From positions 1 through 64,000 of the forward strand of contig CM000436.1 in NCBI GenBank assembly GCA_000165345.1: 64,000 nt of DNA, in the 5' to 3' direction. Each line of letters opens with the position of its first letter. Position 1 is the stretch's first letter. The notes beneath the pieces are model-generated. The model made no database searches and was not told where the DNA came from. It worked only from the letters and a program-made list of their open reading frames with translations. The position numbers and the translations under genes were made by a program. Positions 42,281 through 52,700 of the stretch are shown piece after piece.

Positions 42281-42538
42281 TATAGTGCTTTTTTATCCTT
42301 CTTTATTGTTTGCAGTACTCTTAGTTTTTTCCTTTTCTCCTAGGCTTTTAGGAAACACTATTTTTTAAATTAACTCTAGTAGGAATAAACCTGTTTTCTA
42401 AAAATATTTTCTCAAACGTTTTGATCACACTTTCTCTCTCTAGTGTGCCTCATTTTAAGATTTTTTACGAAACTTTTAATTCTCTCTAATTCAGCTCTGC
42501 CTGTTCCTTCATCTTGAATAATCATAATTAAACAACTG

Positions 42539-42555
42539 TTGGCGCCGGCGCCAAC
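42539..42555. promoter_or_regulatory. Tandem palindromes TTGGCGCCGGCGCCAAC in the divergent NAE1 / RPC2 promoter region.
   Basis: Two adjacent GGCGCC hexamers forming a 17-nt perfect palindrome between divergently transcribed genes. Confidence 0.5.
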
Positions 42556-42847
42556 ATGTCTTTTTTGCCTTTTAGAGGTAAATCAATTAATAAAGAGAGT
42601 AAAAACAATGTTCTTTTCTTATTCCTTCTAAATTGAAAGAATAGAAAGAATTGAGGAGAGCTACTAACTTTAATTAACGAGATCTTAAATCGCTGGCCTT
42701 TGTTTTTTTTAAGCTCAACTAAGAAGTTTCAATTTTCTAGTTACTATAATAACTAAGATATAGTCAATAAATGAAAAATTGATTGCAAATAGTGAGTATA
42801 TTTTGTCTTGAATATAATATATAATTCATTTGAAAGGAGCTGAAAAA

Positions 42848-45800
42848 ATGTCAGGTGAAAAGAAAGTTAGATTTTCTGATAATGACTTCATTGAAGTGGA
42901 TACAATCCAAGTAAAAGATGAGGAAATGGAGGACTTTCAAAGTAAAGTGGAAGAAGTCGCTAAGCTTGATGGAAACGGTACTAAAATGATGAACATTGAT
43001 GTAAATATGAATTTAGATACGGATTTAGATGATTTAAAAGAGAAGAAAACTTGTCTAATAAATGACACAGAGAAATCATCTTCCCAAGGTCTATTTGATA
43101 CTAAAATGGAGATTGAAGAAAGTAAAAATGATAAGTTGGATGACTTATTGAAACCAGTTAATACTATGAAAGATAAGTGGAGACTTCTTCCATATTTTTT
43201 GAAGACTGAAGGCTTAGTTAAGCACCATATTGATTCCTATAACTACTTTGTGACCACGGAAATACAAAGTATTGTTCGAGCAAATGCTAACCGAATGATC
43301 AGAAGTGACGTGGATCCCTCATTTTTTATAGAGTTCTTGGATGCTAGGGTTGGAATGCCAAAGCTTGAGGAAAATATGATTACTGTTGACTTGACTCCTA
43401 TGATGTGTAGGATGAGAGATATTACTTACGCCGCACCAATCTTTGTAGATGTTGACTATGTAAGGGGAAACACTGTTGTCAGGAAGAAGAACGTAGAGAT
43501 TGGTAGGATTCCTGTTATGTTAAGATCTAAAGTATGTATTTTGCATGGAAAAACTGCAGCTGAAATGGTAAAGCTTAATGAATGTCCTCACGATCCAGGT
43601 GGTTATTTTGTAGTTAAAGGAACAGAAAAGGCTATTTTAATGCAAGAGCAGCTTAGTAAAAATAGAATCATTGTAGAATTAGACAATAAACACAACTATT
43701 GTGCAACAGTTACGTCTACAACTGCTGAAAGTAAAAGCAGAACTCTTGTAGTCTTTAAGAACGGAAAGTTGTATTTACGTCACAATTCATTTTCTGATGA
43801 AATACCTCTCTGTATTGTGCTTAAAGCAATGGGAATTGAAACTGAACAAGAAATATTCTTTATGATTGGAAACGAGCCTCATCACCAAGAAGGAATTATA
43901 AACTCCCTTCAAGAGGTACATCAAGAAGGGATTTTCACTCAGAGACAAGCACTACTTTTTATGTCAAAGAAAGCCAAATCTAAGTTTAAATCAACTTTTG
44001 GCTCTAGTCGAGGTTTTGATAAATCTAATGCGGAAGAAAGTGCTGAGAATTCTGGCTTTACTGAATTTGGAGGCTCAAAAAGCTCATTATGTGGCACTAG
44101 TATTGATGATGTTCTTGAAACCCTAAATAGGGTATTACTTTCACATATTGGAACTATTTATACTGATCTCCATCCAAAAGCCTTATTTCTCTGTTTAATG
44201 GCAAAAAGAGTTTTGGATGCTTCTGAAGATAATTCTCTACTGGATGACAAAGACTATTATGGTAATAAAAGGATTGAATTGGCTGGACAACTTATTTCTA
44301 TCTTATTTGAAGACCTTTTCAAGAGATTTTCAGTTCTTACTAAAAAACAAATCGATCAAACTTTGATTCGTTATTTCCAAACAAGAGATGCCAGTAAAGC
44401 AGGCACAGGAAGAGACGATTCAAACTCGACATATCCTGATTGCTTTAGAAACCTTCCAACTGATATTATTACAAGAGGAATGCAAACTGCTCTTAGCACT
44501 GGAAACTGGTCAATTAAACGTTTTAGAATGGAAAGGAGTGGAATGACACAAGTTCTAACTAGATTTTCATATATCGCATCTCTTGGAATTATGACACGAG
44601 TTGACTCCCAATTTGAAAAGGCTAGAAAGGTTAGTGGTCCTAGAGCTCTACAACCTTCTCAATGGGGAATTTTATGTCCTTGTGATACTCCAGAAGGAGA
44701 ATCTTGTGGATTAGTAAAGAACTTAGCTTTGACTACTCATATTACTACTGATCATTGTCCACAATATCTAACTAGTTTATTATTTACATTAGGAGTTCAA
44801 GATATTTCATCATGTTCATATCTCGACTTTAATACTAAACAATCTGAAAAGTTATCAAACGAAGATTTGAAAAACGAATCTTCTGGAAAGAATAATGTAA
44901 AAAAGCACTATTATGTATCTATTAATGGTTCTCTTTTAGGAGTTCATAGAAAACCTGAGTTACTTGCAAGCCAGCTCAGAAATTTGAGAAGAAAAGGGTT
45001 TATTGGACAATTTGTATCCATTTTTTGTAATCATATCCATTCGTCTGTTCAGATTGCCACAGATGGAGGAAGACTTTGTAGGCCCTTGATTATCGTAGAT
45101 CAAGGAGTTCCAAGATTAAAAGAAGAACATATTGAACAGTTAAAAAGAGGTGAAATCATTTTTAGCGATTTTATTTCTCAAGGTATTTTAGAATGGATTG
45201 ATGTAAATGAGGAGAATAACTTATTAATAGCTCTTAGAGATGAAAACTTAACAAATGAGACCACACATTTGGAAATTGATCCTCTTTCAATCTTGGGAGT
45301 TGTTAGTGGATTGATTCCTTATCCAAATCACAATCAGAGTCCAAGAAATACTTATCAATGTGCTATGGGAAAGCAAGTTATGGGTTCTGTAGGATTTAAT
45401 CAATTCCTGCGTTGTGATTCTGTTTTGTATCTTTTGGTTTACCCTCAAAAACCTCTTTGCAAAACTAGAACTATAGAAATGATTAACTTTGAGCAACTTC
45501 CTGCAGGTCAAAACTCTTCTGTTGCTGTAATGAGTTTTGCGGGCTATGATATTGAAGATGCTATTGTTATGAACAAAGCTTCTGTAGATAGAGGGTTTGC
45601 TAGATGTTTTGTAATGAAAAGACAAACAATAGAATTGCAAAAACTACCAAATGGACTCTCGGAAAGAGTAGTTAGACCTATATCAGTAGGATCAGGCAAT
45701 ACTGGAAATAGACGATTTTCATTTAAAAATGATAGTATATTAGATAATGATGGAGTATGTAATGTAGGTGTACAAGTTTCTGAGGATGATATTATCGTTA

Positions 45801-46711
45801 ATAAAATGTCTCCTATAAATACAAGAGAATATGTTGGAGACCCATCTCAATTTGACCTTTCTGAATATAAACCTTCTCCAGTAAAATATAAAGGTCCAAC
45901 ATCATCTTATATAGATAGAGTTATCCTTACTGAAAATGCAGATGGAAACCAAATCTACAAAGTAATTACTAGACAAACAAGAAGACCAGAACTTGGTGAC
46001 AAATTTAGTTCCAGACATGGACAAAAAGGAGTTGTTGGATTAATCATTTCTCAAGAGGATCTTCCATTTTCAGAAACTGGATGGTGTCCAGATCTTATTA
46101 TGAATCCTCATGGTTTCCCATCTAGAATGACTGTTGGAAAGTTACTTGAACTTATTTCTAGCAAAGCAAGTGTCTTAGATGGAAATTATAGATATGGTAC
46201 AGCCTTTGGAGGCACTCCTCTTGAAGAATCTGCTAAATGTTTAGTAGAACATGGATTCCATTATTCTGGAAAGGAGTATCTTACATCAGGAACCACAGGA
46301 GAAGCAATTGAAGCCTATATTTTTGTTGGGCCTATTTATTACCAAAAATTGAAACATATGGTTCTCGATAAAATGCATGCAAGAGGAAGGGGTCCTAGAC
46401 AAATTCTTACCAGACAACCCACTGAAGGAAGATCTAAGGATGGAGGACTACGTCTTGGTGAAATGGAAAGAGATTGTTTAGTAGCTTATGGAGCAAGCAA
46501 CCTTCTAATTGAAAGACTTATGTTGAATTCAGACGTTTTCGAAACTAATGTATGTAATCAATGTGGTCTTTTTGGTTATAATAATTACTGTCACTATTGT
46601 AAAAGTTCTCAAGATGTGTCTATTATTAGACTTCCTTATGCATGTAAGCTATTGTTCCAAGAATTACAAGCAATGAATGTTTGTCCTAGAATAAGAACTA
46701 GTATTAAATAA
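42848..46711 (+). CDS. RPC2: DNA-directed RNA polymerase III second-largest subunit (RPC2/Ret1-like).
   Basis: Shows GDKFSSRHGQKGV and GEMERDCLVAYGASNLLIERLMLNSDVFE. The C-terminal zinc ribbon CNQCGLFGYNNYCHYCKSS...IRLPYACKLLFQELQAMNV matches the yeast Ret1 tail (CDKCGLMGYSGWCTTCKS...IPYAAKLLFQELLSMNI) better than RPB2 or RPA135. The ORF track starts at a TTG at 42830; the first ATG is at 42848. Confidence 0.85.
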   Translation: MSGEKKVRFSDNDFIEVDTIQVKDEEMEDFQSKVEEVAKLDGNGTKMMNIDVNMNLDTDLDDLKEKKTCLINDTEKSSSQGLFDTKMEIEESKNDKLDDLLKPVNTMKDKWRLLPYFLKTEGLVKHHIDSYNYFVTTEIQSIVRANANRMIRSDVDPSFFIEFLDARVGMPKLEENMITVDLTPMMCRMRDITYAAPIFVDVDYVRGNTVVRKKNVEIGRIPVMLRSKVCILHGKTAAEMVKLNECPHDPGGYFVVKGTEKAILMQEQLSKNRIIVELDNKHNYCATVTSTTAESKSRTLVVFKNGKLYLRHNSFSDEIPLCIVLKAMGIETEQEIFFMIGNEPHHQEGIINSLQEVHQEGIFTQRQALLFMSKKAKSKFKSTFGSSRGFDKSNAEESAENSGFTEFGGSKSSLCGTSIDDVLETLNRVLLSHIGTIYTDLHPKALFLCLMAKRVLDASEDNSLLDDKDYYGNKRIELAGQLISILFEDLFKRFSVLTKKQIDQTLIRYFQTRDASKAGTGRDDSNSTYPDCFRNLPTDIITRGMQTALSTGNWSIKRFRMERSGMTQVLTRFSYIASLGIMTRVDSQFEKARKVSGPRALQPSQWGILCPCDTPEGESCGLVKNLALTTHITTDHCPQYLTSLLFTLGVQDISSCSYLDFNTKQSEKLSNEDLKNESSGKNNVKKHYYVSINGSLLGVHRKPELLASQLRNLRRKGFIGQFVSIFCNHIHSSVQIATDGGRLCRPLIIVDQGVPRLKEEHIEQLKRGEIIFSDFISQGILEWIDVNEENNLLIALRDENLTNETTHLEIDPLSILGVVSGLIPYPNHNQSPRNTYQCAMGKQVMGSVGFNQFLRCDSVLYLLVYPQKPLCKTRTIEMINFEQLPAGQNSSVAVMSFAGYDIEDAIVMNKASVDRGFARCFVMKRQTIELQKLPNGLSERVVRPISVGSGNTGNRRFSFKNDSILDNDGVCNVGVQVSEDDIIVNKMSPINTREYVGDPSQFDLSEYKPSPVKYKGPTSSYIDRVILTENADGNQIYKVITRQTRRPELGDKFSSRHGQKGVVGLIISQEDLPFSETGWCPDLIMNPHGFPSRMTVGKLLELISSKASVLDGNYRYGTAFGGTPLEESAKCLVEHGFHYSGKEYLTSGTTGEAIEAYIFVGPIYYQKLKHMVLDKMHARGRGPRQILTRQPTEGRSKDGGLRLGEMERDCLVAYGASNLLIERLMLNSDVFETNVCNQCGLFGYNNYCHYCKSSQDVSIIRLPYACKLLFQELQAMNVCPRIRTSIK

Positions 46712-46739
46712 ATTAAATTCTAAGGTTTAAAACTCTATT

Positions 46740-49700
46740 TTAGTTAATTGATTCTAAGATTTCTTCTATTTCCTTTTCTAATTCTTTAATAGAAGCAACA
46801 CAAATATTTTTCCATTCTTTTTTCCCTGAATTACCTTGTTTTGTTTCATCTTCTTGGTATATTATAAGTTTTGATAATAATTCTATAGAGATTTCTTGAT
46901 GTCCCGTGGGTAAATAAAAGTCTCCCATATTAATCCACTTTGAAAACTCATATTCAACTTGTTTTAACTCATTATCACTTAAACAGTTTTCTACCTGTTC
47001 TATGATTTCCCTTCCTTCCTGTTCAAATAAAGCTTGAAACCAAGTTACAACAGAAGAAGATGGTAAGACTATAGAAAAATCATCTTGGTTCAGTTTCTTT
47101 AAAATTTCTAAATATTTGTTTAGAAATGTCTTTATTTTAATGATCAAAGAAGATTTACCAATTTCTAGAGAAAAATCTGCTTTTTTTCTTGTTTCATTTA
47201 AGACTAAATTTCTTAAAATATCCCAACTCTTAAATAATCGTGTATTTACTAGATTTCTAGCATTTCCATACTCTAAGTTATATGTATAGTTGTAAGGTAA
47301 CAAAGAAAGTACTAATAAGTCAAATACTTGATGATTAAATTCATTGCTTTTTTCAAGAAGCTCCTCAAGTTTATTCAGGCTCATAATTTCAAGTTTCTTG
47401 TGATGTCTTAATATTATTGAAAAATCTGGAATTTGAATTTGATCTTCATTTTCACATATTTTGTGATCTCGAGTAAAATTTTTGAACAATTCAAAGTAAC
47501 TTGGGTGACTATATATTTGAGAATAAAGTTGATATTTGAAAATACGGAAAATTACCTTTGTTACCTTCTCAATCATGGTCTTGTCATCCTCATTTTCAAT
47601 TTGAATCTCTTTTCTAAGTCCATGAATTTCTATTAAAATCTCACAAAGCATGTCTATTAAATTTATATAGTAATCCATTTCTAGGCACTCCAATCCAAAA
47701 TTAATTATTGAGCTTCTGATCTCATCTTCAATCCAATTAATATGAGTATATATTAGTACAGAGAAATGTCTTTTCCCAATCAAGAATCTCATATTATTCA
47801 TAATTAATTCATAGCTTTCTTTAGAAATCCTTTCTTTTGCACTCGAGTCAGAGCCAAAACTTTTCAATGAAATTCCTTTGTGTATTAGTAATAAGTTTTG
47901 ATTTGACTTGATTACCATTTCCAATTGTATTTGATCATCTCCAAAAGATTCTAAAACTATTAGCTCATGAATTAGCTGGTAAACTCTGAGATAAACAAGC
48001 TGGTTGCAAGTTCCTTCTAAAATGGTATCTTCTTCAAGATTAAGATCTTTCTCAACTCTAAAGATATCTAAAAAGAATAAGTAAATCATCCCAACAAATT
48101 TAGTAAAGTTTGGTGGTTTATTCAACATAACAATATCATCATTTACCCCTTCTTTCTCTAGTTTAGATATTTCATTCTCAAAGTACCTTATTGATAAAGT
48201 TTGAAAATCCAGGTGTAAATCTTGTCTCAAGCTTGAAAATAAGACCTTTTTATCCAATAGAAACCACCTCAAAGATGAAACAGTCTCTAAAAAGAAGATT
48301 ACATTCTGCAAACTGGATTTATTAGATCTAGAAGAGTAAAAATAAACAAGAAGCTCAACAACGATTTCTGTAAAATCAGTAGAGTAATTAATAGAATTCC
48401 AAATTGAGACTAATGATGGTATATAATGAATTTTTTCAGTAAAAGTTGGAGTATGGTTTTTTTTAATAATATTCTGGATCAATATTTGAAGATTTTCAAA
48501 GTTAAAAACCTCCCTAATTTCATCATTTTTTATTTTGTGGTGGATATTCTCAATTGAATTAATCATGAAGAAGCCAATATAAGCAAAGTATCTTATGAGA
48601 CATAGTTCAATATCTTGAGAATTAATCATTATATCCAAGGTTTTACCACAAATAAGAATTAGATCTTGCTCATTCTTTTGAGACAAACACTGATTTTCGA
48701 AACCAGCAGTTTCTGTTAGTTTATAAAGCAAATAAAGATGAGAATGAGATAATTCTGAGCTTGATTTATCTAATTGTTTATTTGTATTTTCTAGAATTGT
48801 ATTCCAGATCCTTTCTTTAAATTCATTAGATAGTGATGAATATATTTGAATAAAGAACTCTAAAATATTAATAATGATACTGTTTTCTGGGTTTTTTGAT
48901 CCAAAGTTTAACAACATAACCATCATCTTATTTAGAGTAGTAGAAAACTTGGAAATGGATATTTTCTGTGAAGATACTGGAATCAAAGAAATAATGGACT
49001 TTAAAATCGAAAGAATTCGATTTAGGATACATGACTCAATATACATCAGATTTGCAATATAAGTTTCAAAACAACCCAAAATCAACGAAAGAATTTTGAA
49101 AATGAATTTGTTTACTTCTCCGAGAAGGTAAAGATCTGAGGCTTCTATTCCCAAATTTTCCTTATTAAAATTCCAAAAAGAGTATGCAATCATTTCTTGG
49201 GTTAATAAAGAATCAAATGTACTTACTTGAACGATTCTAGCTTGAATTGTCTCACAAATTTTTTCAATAATATCCAAATTAATAATAAATCTAACTCCTA
49301 ATATTGATCTTAATTGGTCTTCATTTGAATCAAATTCTTCTTCTGAGGAGTCCCTTTTGGTAAATATGAAAGGTTTTAATTGAATATATAGTATAAAAGT
49401 AGAAAGATTAAAACTATTATTTTCATCCAATAAGAACTTAGAAATTTCATTAATACTATTAGATTGATTGAAATCTATATTTTCTGGTTCTTTACTCAGG
49501 TATTTAATTGCTTTTATCAAAATAGAGTTAATTTTCCAAGGTTTCATAGCTTTAAGTGCTGATTTGAGAAATGATAGTGATATTTCATTATGAATTAAGT
49601 AGTTCTTTAAGATCCACTCAATCAAAATGATAATAAGTTTCTCATCTTGGTTTAGAATTAATACATAATCTTGTGTTGATAATTCCTCAAGTACTTTAGT

Positions 49701-52700
49701 TTGTCTGAGAATAAAACTGCTATTAATAATAAGAAGTCCTAAAAGATTTAAATATGGCATTCTTTTTAAAGGCTCTTGGGCAAGAATTTCTAGTGAATGA
49801 GTTTCAGAGAATATATTTGACGAGAAATAAATGTTTTTAATAAACTTCCAAAGACTAGAAAGGAAACCATCCTGATAGAAGAATATCTTGCAGGTATTTG
49901 GTATATATAATGTACCATAATAGTCAATAAATGAAATTTCGTGTAGCCTGGAATGGAATATCAGACTAAGAGAAACGCACATTAAAACATTAAAATTTGT
50001 GTAATTGTTAGTTTTTGGTTGTTTAAGATCCTCAAATGATTTTGGGTATTTCAGGAAAATCATGAAATTGTTATGAACTAATTCAATTAAATGGTTAAAT
50101 ATTTCAATATTCATGAGCTCTCTCAAACTATAGAAGCAAAGATACTCACCAAAGTAATTTAGAATAGATATACTTTTGAGAGTTAGTTGATATCTGGAAG
50201 AATCAATTTCAAATCCAAAATGTTTGTCAGATTCAACTTCAATAAAATTATTCTGAAAATTGATATCTTTTCTGACACGATAAATGAAGAATTTGTTCTT
50301 TTCTGAGATATTTCCATTAAAGTGATCTTTAAGGAAAACTTCGATAATATGAGAGAGGTCTTGGTCCATATTCTTTATCTTTGACTTGAGTATAGAAAAT
50401 AAGAAATATAAATCTGTCAAAGAATCTGAATCTTCACTTGACCTATTAGTACGTGAAAGTGAATAATTACTCCATGATATTAAGTATTCAAGTTTTTGCT
50501 TTGCATAGTAGTAATGAGAGAAGATGGATTTATTATTATGCAAGTAAGATAATAGATAAGCAAGAAGATTAAGTGTATAGTATCGAATAATGCAGGATTT
50601 GATTCTAGGTGGAAGCTTCTTTCCGTTATTTTGGCTTTGGTAGTTTATTTGTTGTTTCAAATCACGATACCTATATCCAAATAAAAATTTGATCAGAAAT
50701 GAAAATATATGGAATAGAAAATCTTGAGAATTATTAATTAGTTTTAGGTGTTCTTGATCAATTTGTGAGCTATTATTAGACACAAACATATTCAATTTAG
50801 TTATGATTTTCTCAGAAATATCCTTAAATAACCAAATAATGGATAATAGAGGTAAAATTGAGACATTATTTGGGGAAGATACCAGGCCTTTCTGAGCTAT
50901 CATGAACAATGATGGAGAAAGATCATTGTAAAATGGAAACAAATTCTGTATTTTCACATTTGAGTTTTCTTGTTGGTAGTATTGGGACTCTGAAGGTACA
51001 GATGACCAGAATTTATCAACATGGATTGACCTTTTAAGGAGTATTCTGAAGATGGTTTTGATGGTTTCATGAGAAAATAAGTTGTTTTGATCAAGAAAAT
51101 GACTTTCTGAAATAATATTAGAAAGCAACTGAGCAGTTTCTTTTCTAAAATAAACTTCCAGTTGTTGGTTTGAGGTGACCATTTTTTGGTTAATCAGAGA
51201 GGCAAATTCTGAATGAGGTAGCATAGATTCCATAAGTCCAAGCCTAGAAGTAGTATTATAGTCATTTTGAGTGGTAATATAGCTATTATATTTTGGAAGA
51301 GATAATATATCATTATTTGAGAATAAGGCTATGGATATATTGTTGTATTTTTTGATTTCGTTAATATTGGAAAGATTGGTTGAAGGAAAAACTTCAGATG
51401 GAACCTTCAAGTCTAACATTAGTATTTGATCTGATGCAACATCAGAAATAAGCATTGCCAGAGATCTATTTGAAATTGGAGGATGATTTATGTAAGAAAA
51501 TAGACTTTTGTTTAGTTGCTTATAAACTGAAAGCTTTAGAGACATGATTAATGCACTAATATGTACGGATTTTGAAAAGCAGTTCTGATCTCCAATAAAA
51601 GGGAAAATAAACTTTTCAATAGTTTGGAGAAAAACTTTCATATGATCATTGGATTTAGTTCCAGAAGGTGGATTAATTGTGTCTTTTGAGAATGAAGAGT
51701 TCCTGAGGTACTCTCCAACATCTTCGAGGGAGCTGGAAGGAGAACATAATATAGAGCCAAGCTCAGGATTAATTTCAGAGGCTGAGAAATCATTATTTGT
51801 TTCTGGGAAGAACTTTGTCCAGCTTAAAGGTATAAAAGGAAGTAAACATTCTATAATAGAGAAACAAGCCTTCATAAGAAACTTTTCTAGTTTATTATTC
51901 TCTGTATGAGATTTTTCATTTTGGTTAAGCATTTCTAAAAGTTCAATATAAAGATGGAAAGATTCAATAGTAGTCCATAATAGAGCTAGCCATCGTTTCA
52001 GATCCTTGAATAGAAGAATAACAGGGTTTTCTTTTTCGTCATCAAAGATGGTCCATGTTTCAGATTCATTACTTTCCATAAGAAGTTGAAGTCTTTCGCA
52101 TGATTCTGTTAAAGACTCAATAACTACGACAATTTTCTCTATTGTATAATTTGATAAAATACTTTTCCAGATTGGAACTAGTAGGTATAGTTTGGAAACT
52201 AAAGTTGTAGCTATGGAATCAATATCATTATTTTTATACTTGTTTAAGTAAAGAATATTAGTTAGCAAGTTTTGGATGAGGAGGAAAATATTGTTGAAAA
52301 TGAACAGCTTCTCATCGGAGTTTGTTGGATCTGAAAAGATTTGAATTTCTGGAGACTCAACCAGATAATAAATAATGTGGTTTAGAATTCCAATGGTAAT
52401 TAAAGGGTTTGAACAGGAATTGGAAATTCCTATTAAGAAATGTGAGTTATGGAGCAAAGCTTCGTGGAATTCAGTATTATTTGTTTCACTTTGACCGATC
52501 GGTATCTTTTCTTTGGTAAAGGATATAGAATTTAGTAGGATAGATTCAATATTTTCAACCAAAAGAAGATCATTATGATGATTATTACGTGGAAAATAGT
52601 ATTGGCTTATCAAGATAGCTGAAACATAACCAGAAAGATAACTGGTTAGAGGTATTTCAAAGTTCTCAGTAAGGGAAATTTGAAAAATCCATCTTAAAAA

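Noticed and set aside
42830-46711. Assignment of the polymerase subunit to Pol II (RPB2) or Pol I (RPA135).
   Set aside because: The C-terminal zinc ribbon and tail (CNQCGLFGYNNYCHYCKSS...PYACKLLFQELQAMNV) match the Pol III Ret1 pattern. RPB2 has CGLMT...CKGC with a different spacing, and RPA135 has a long divergent tail.
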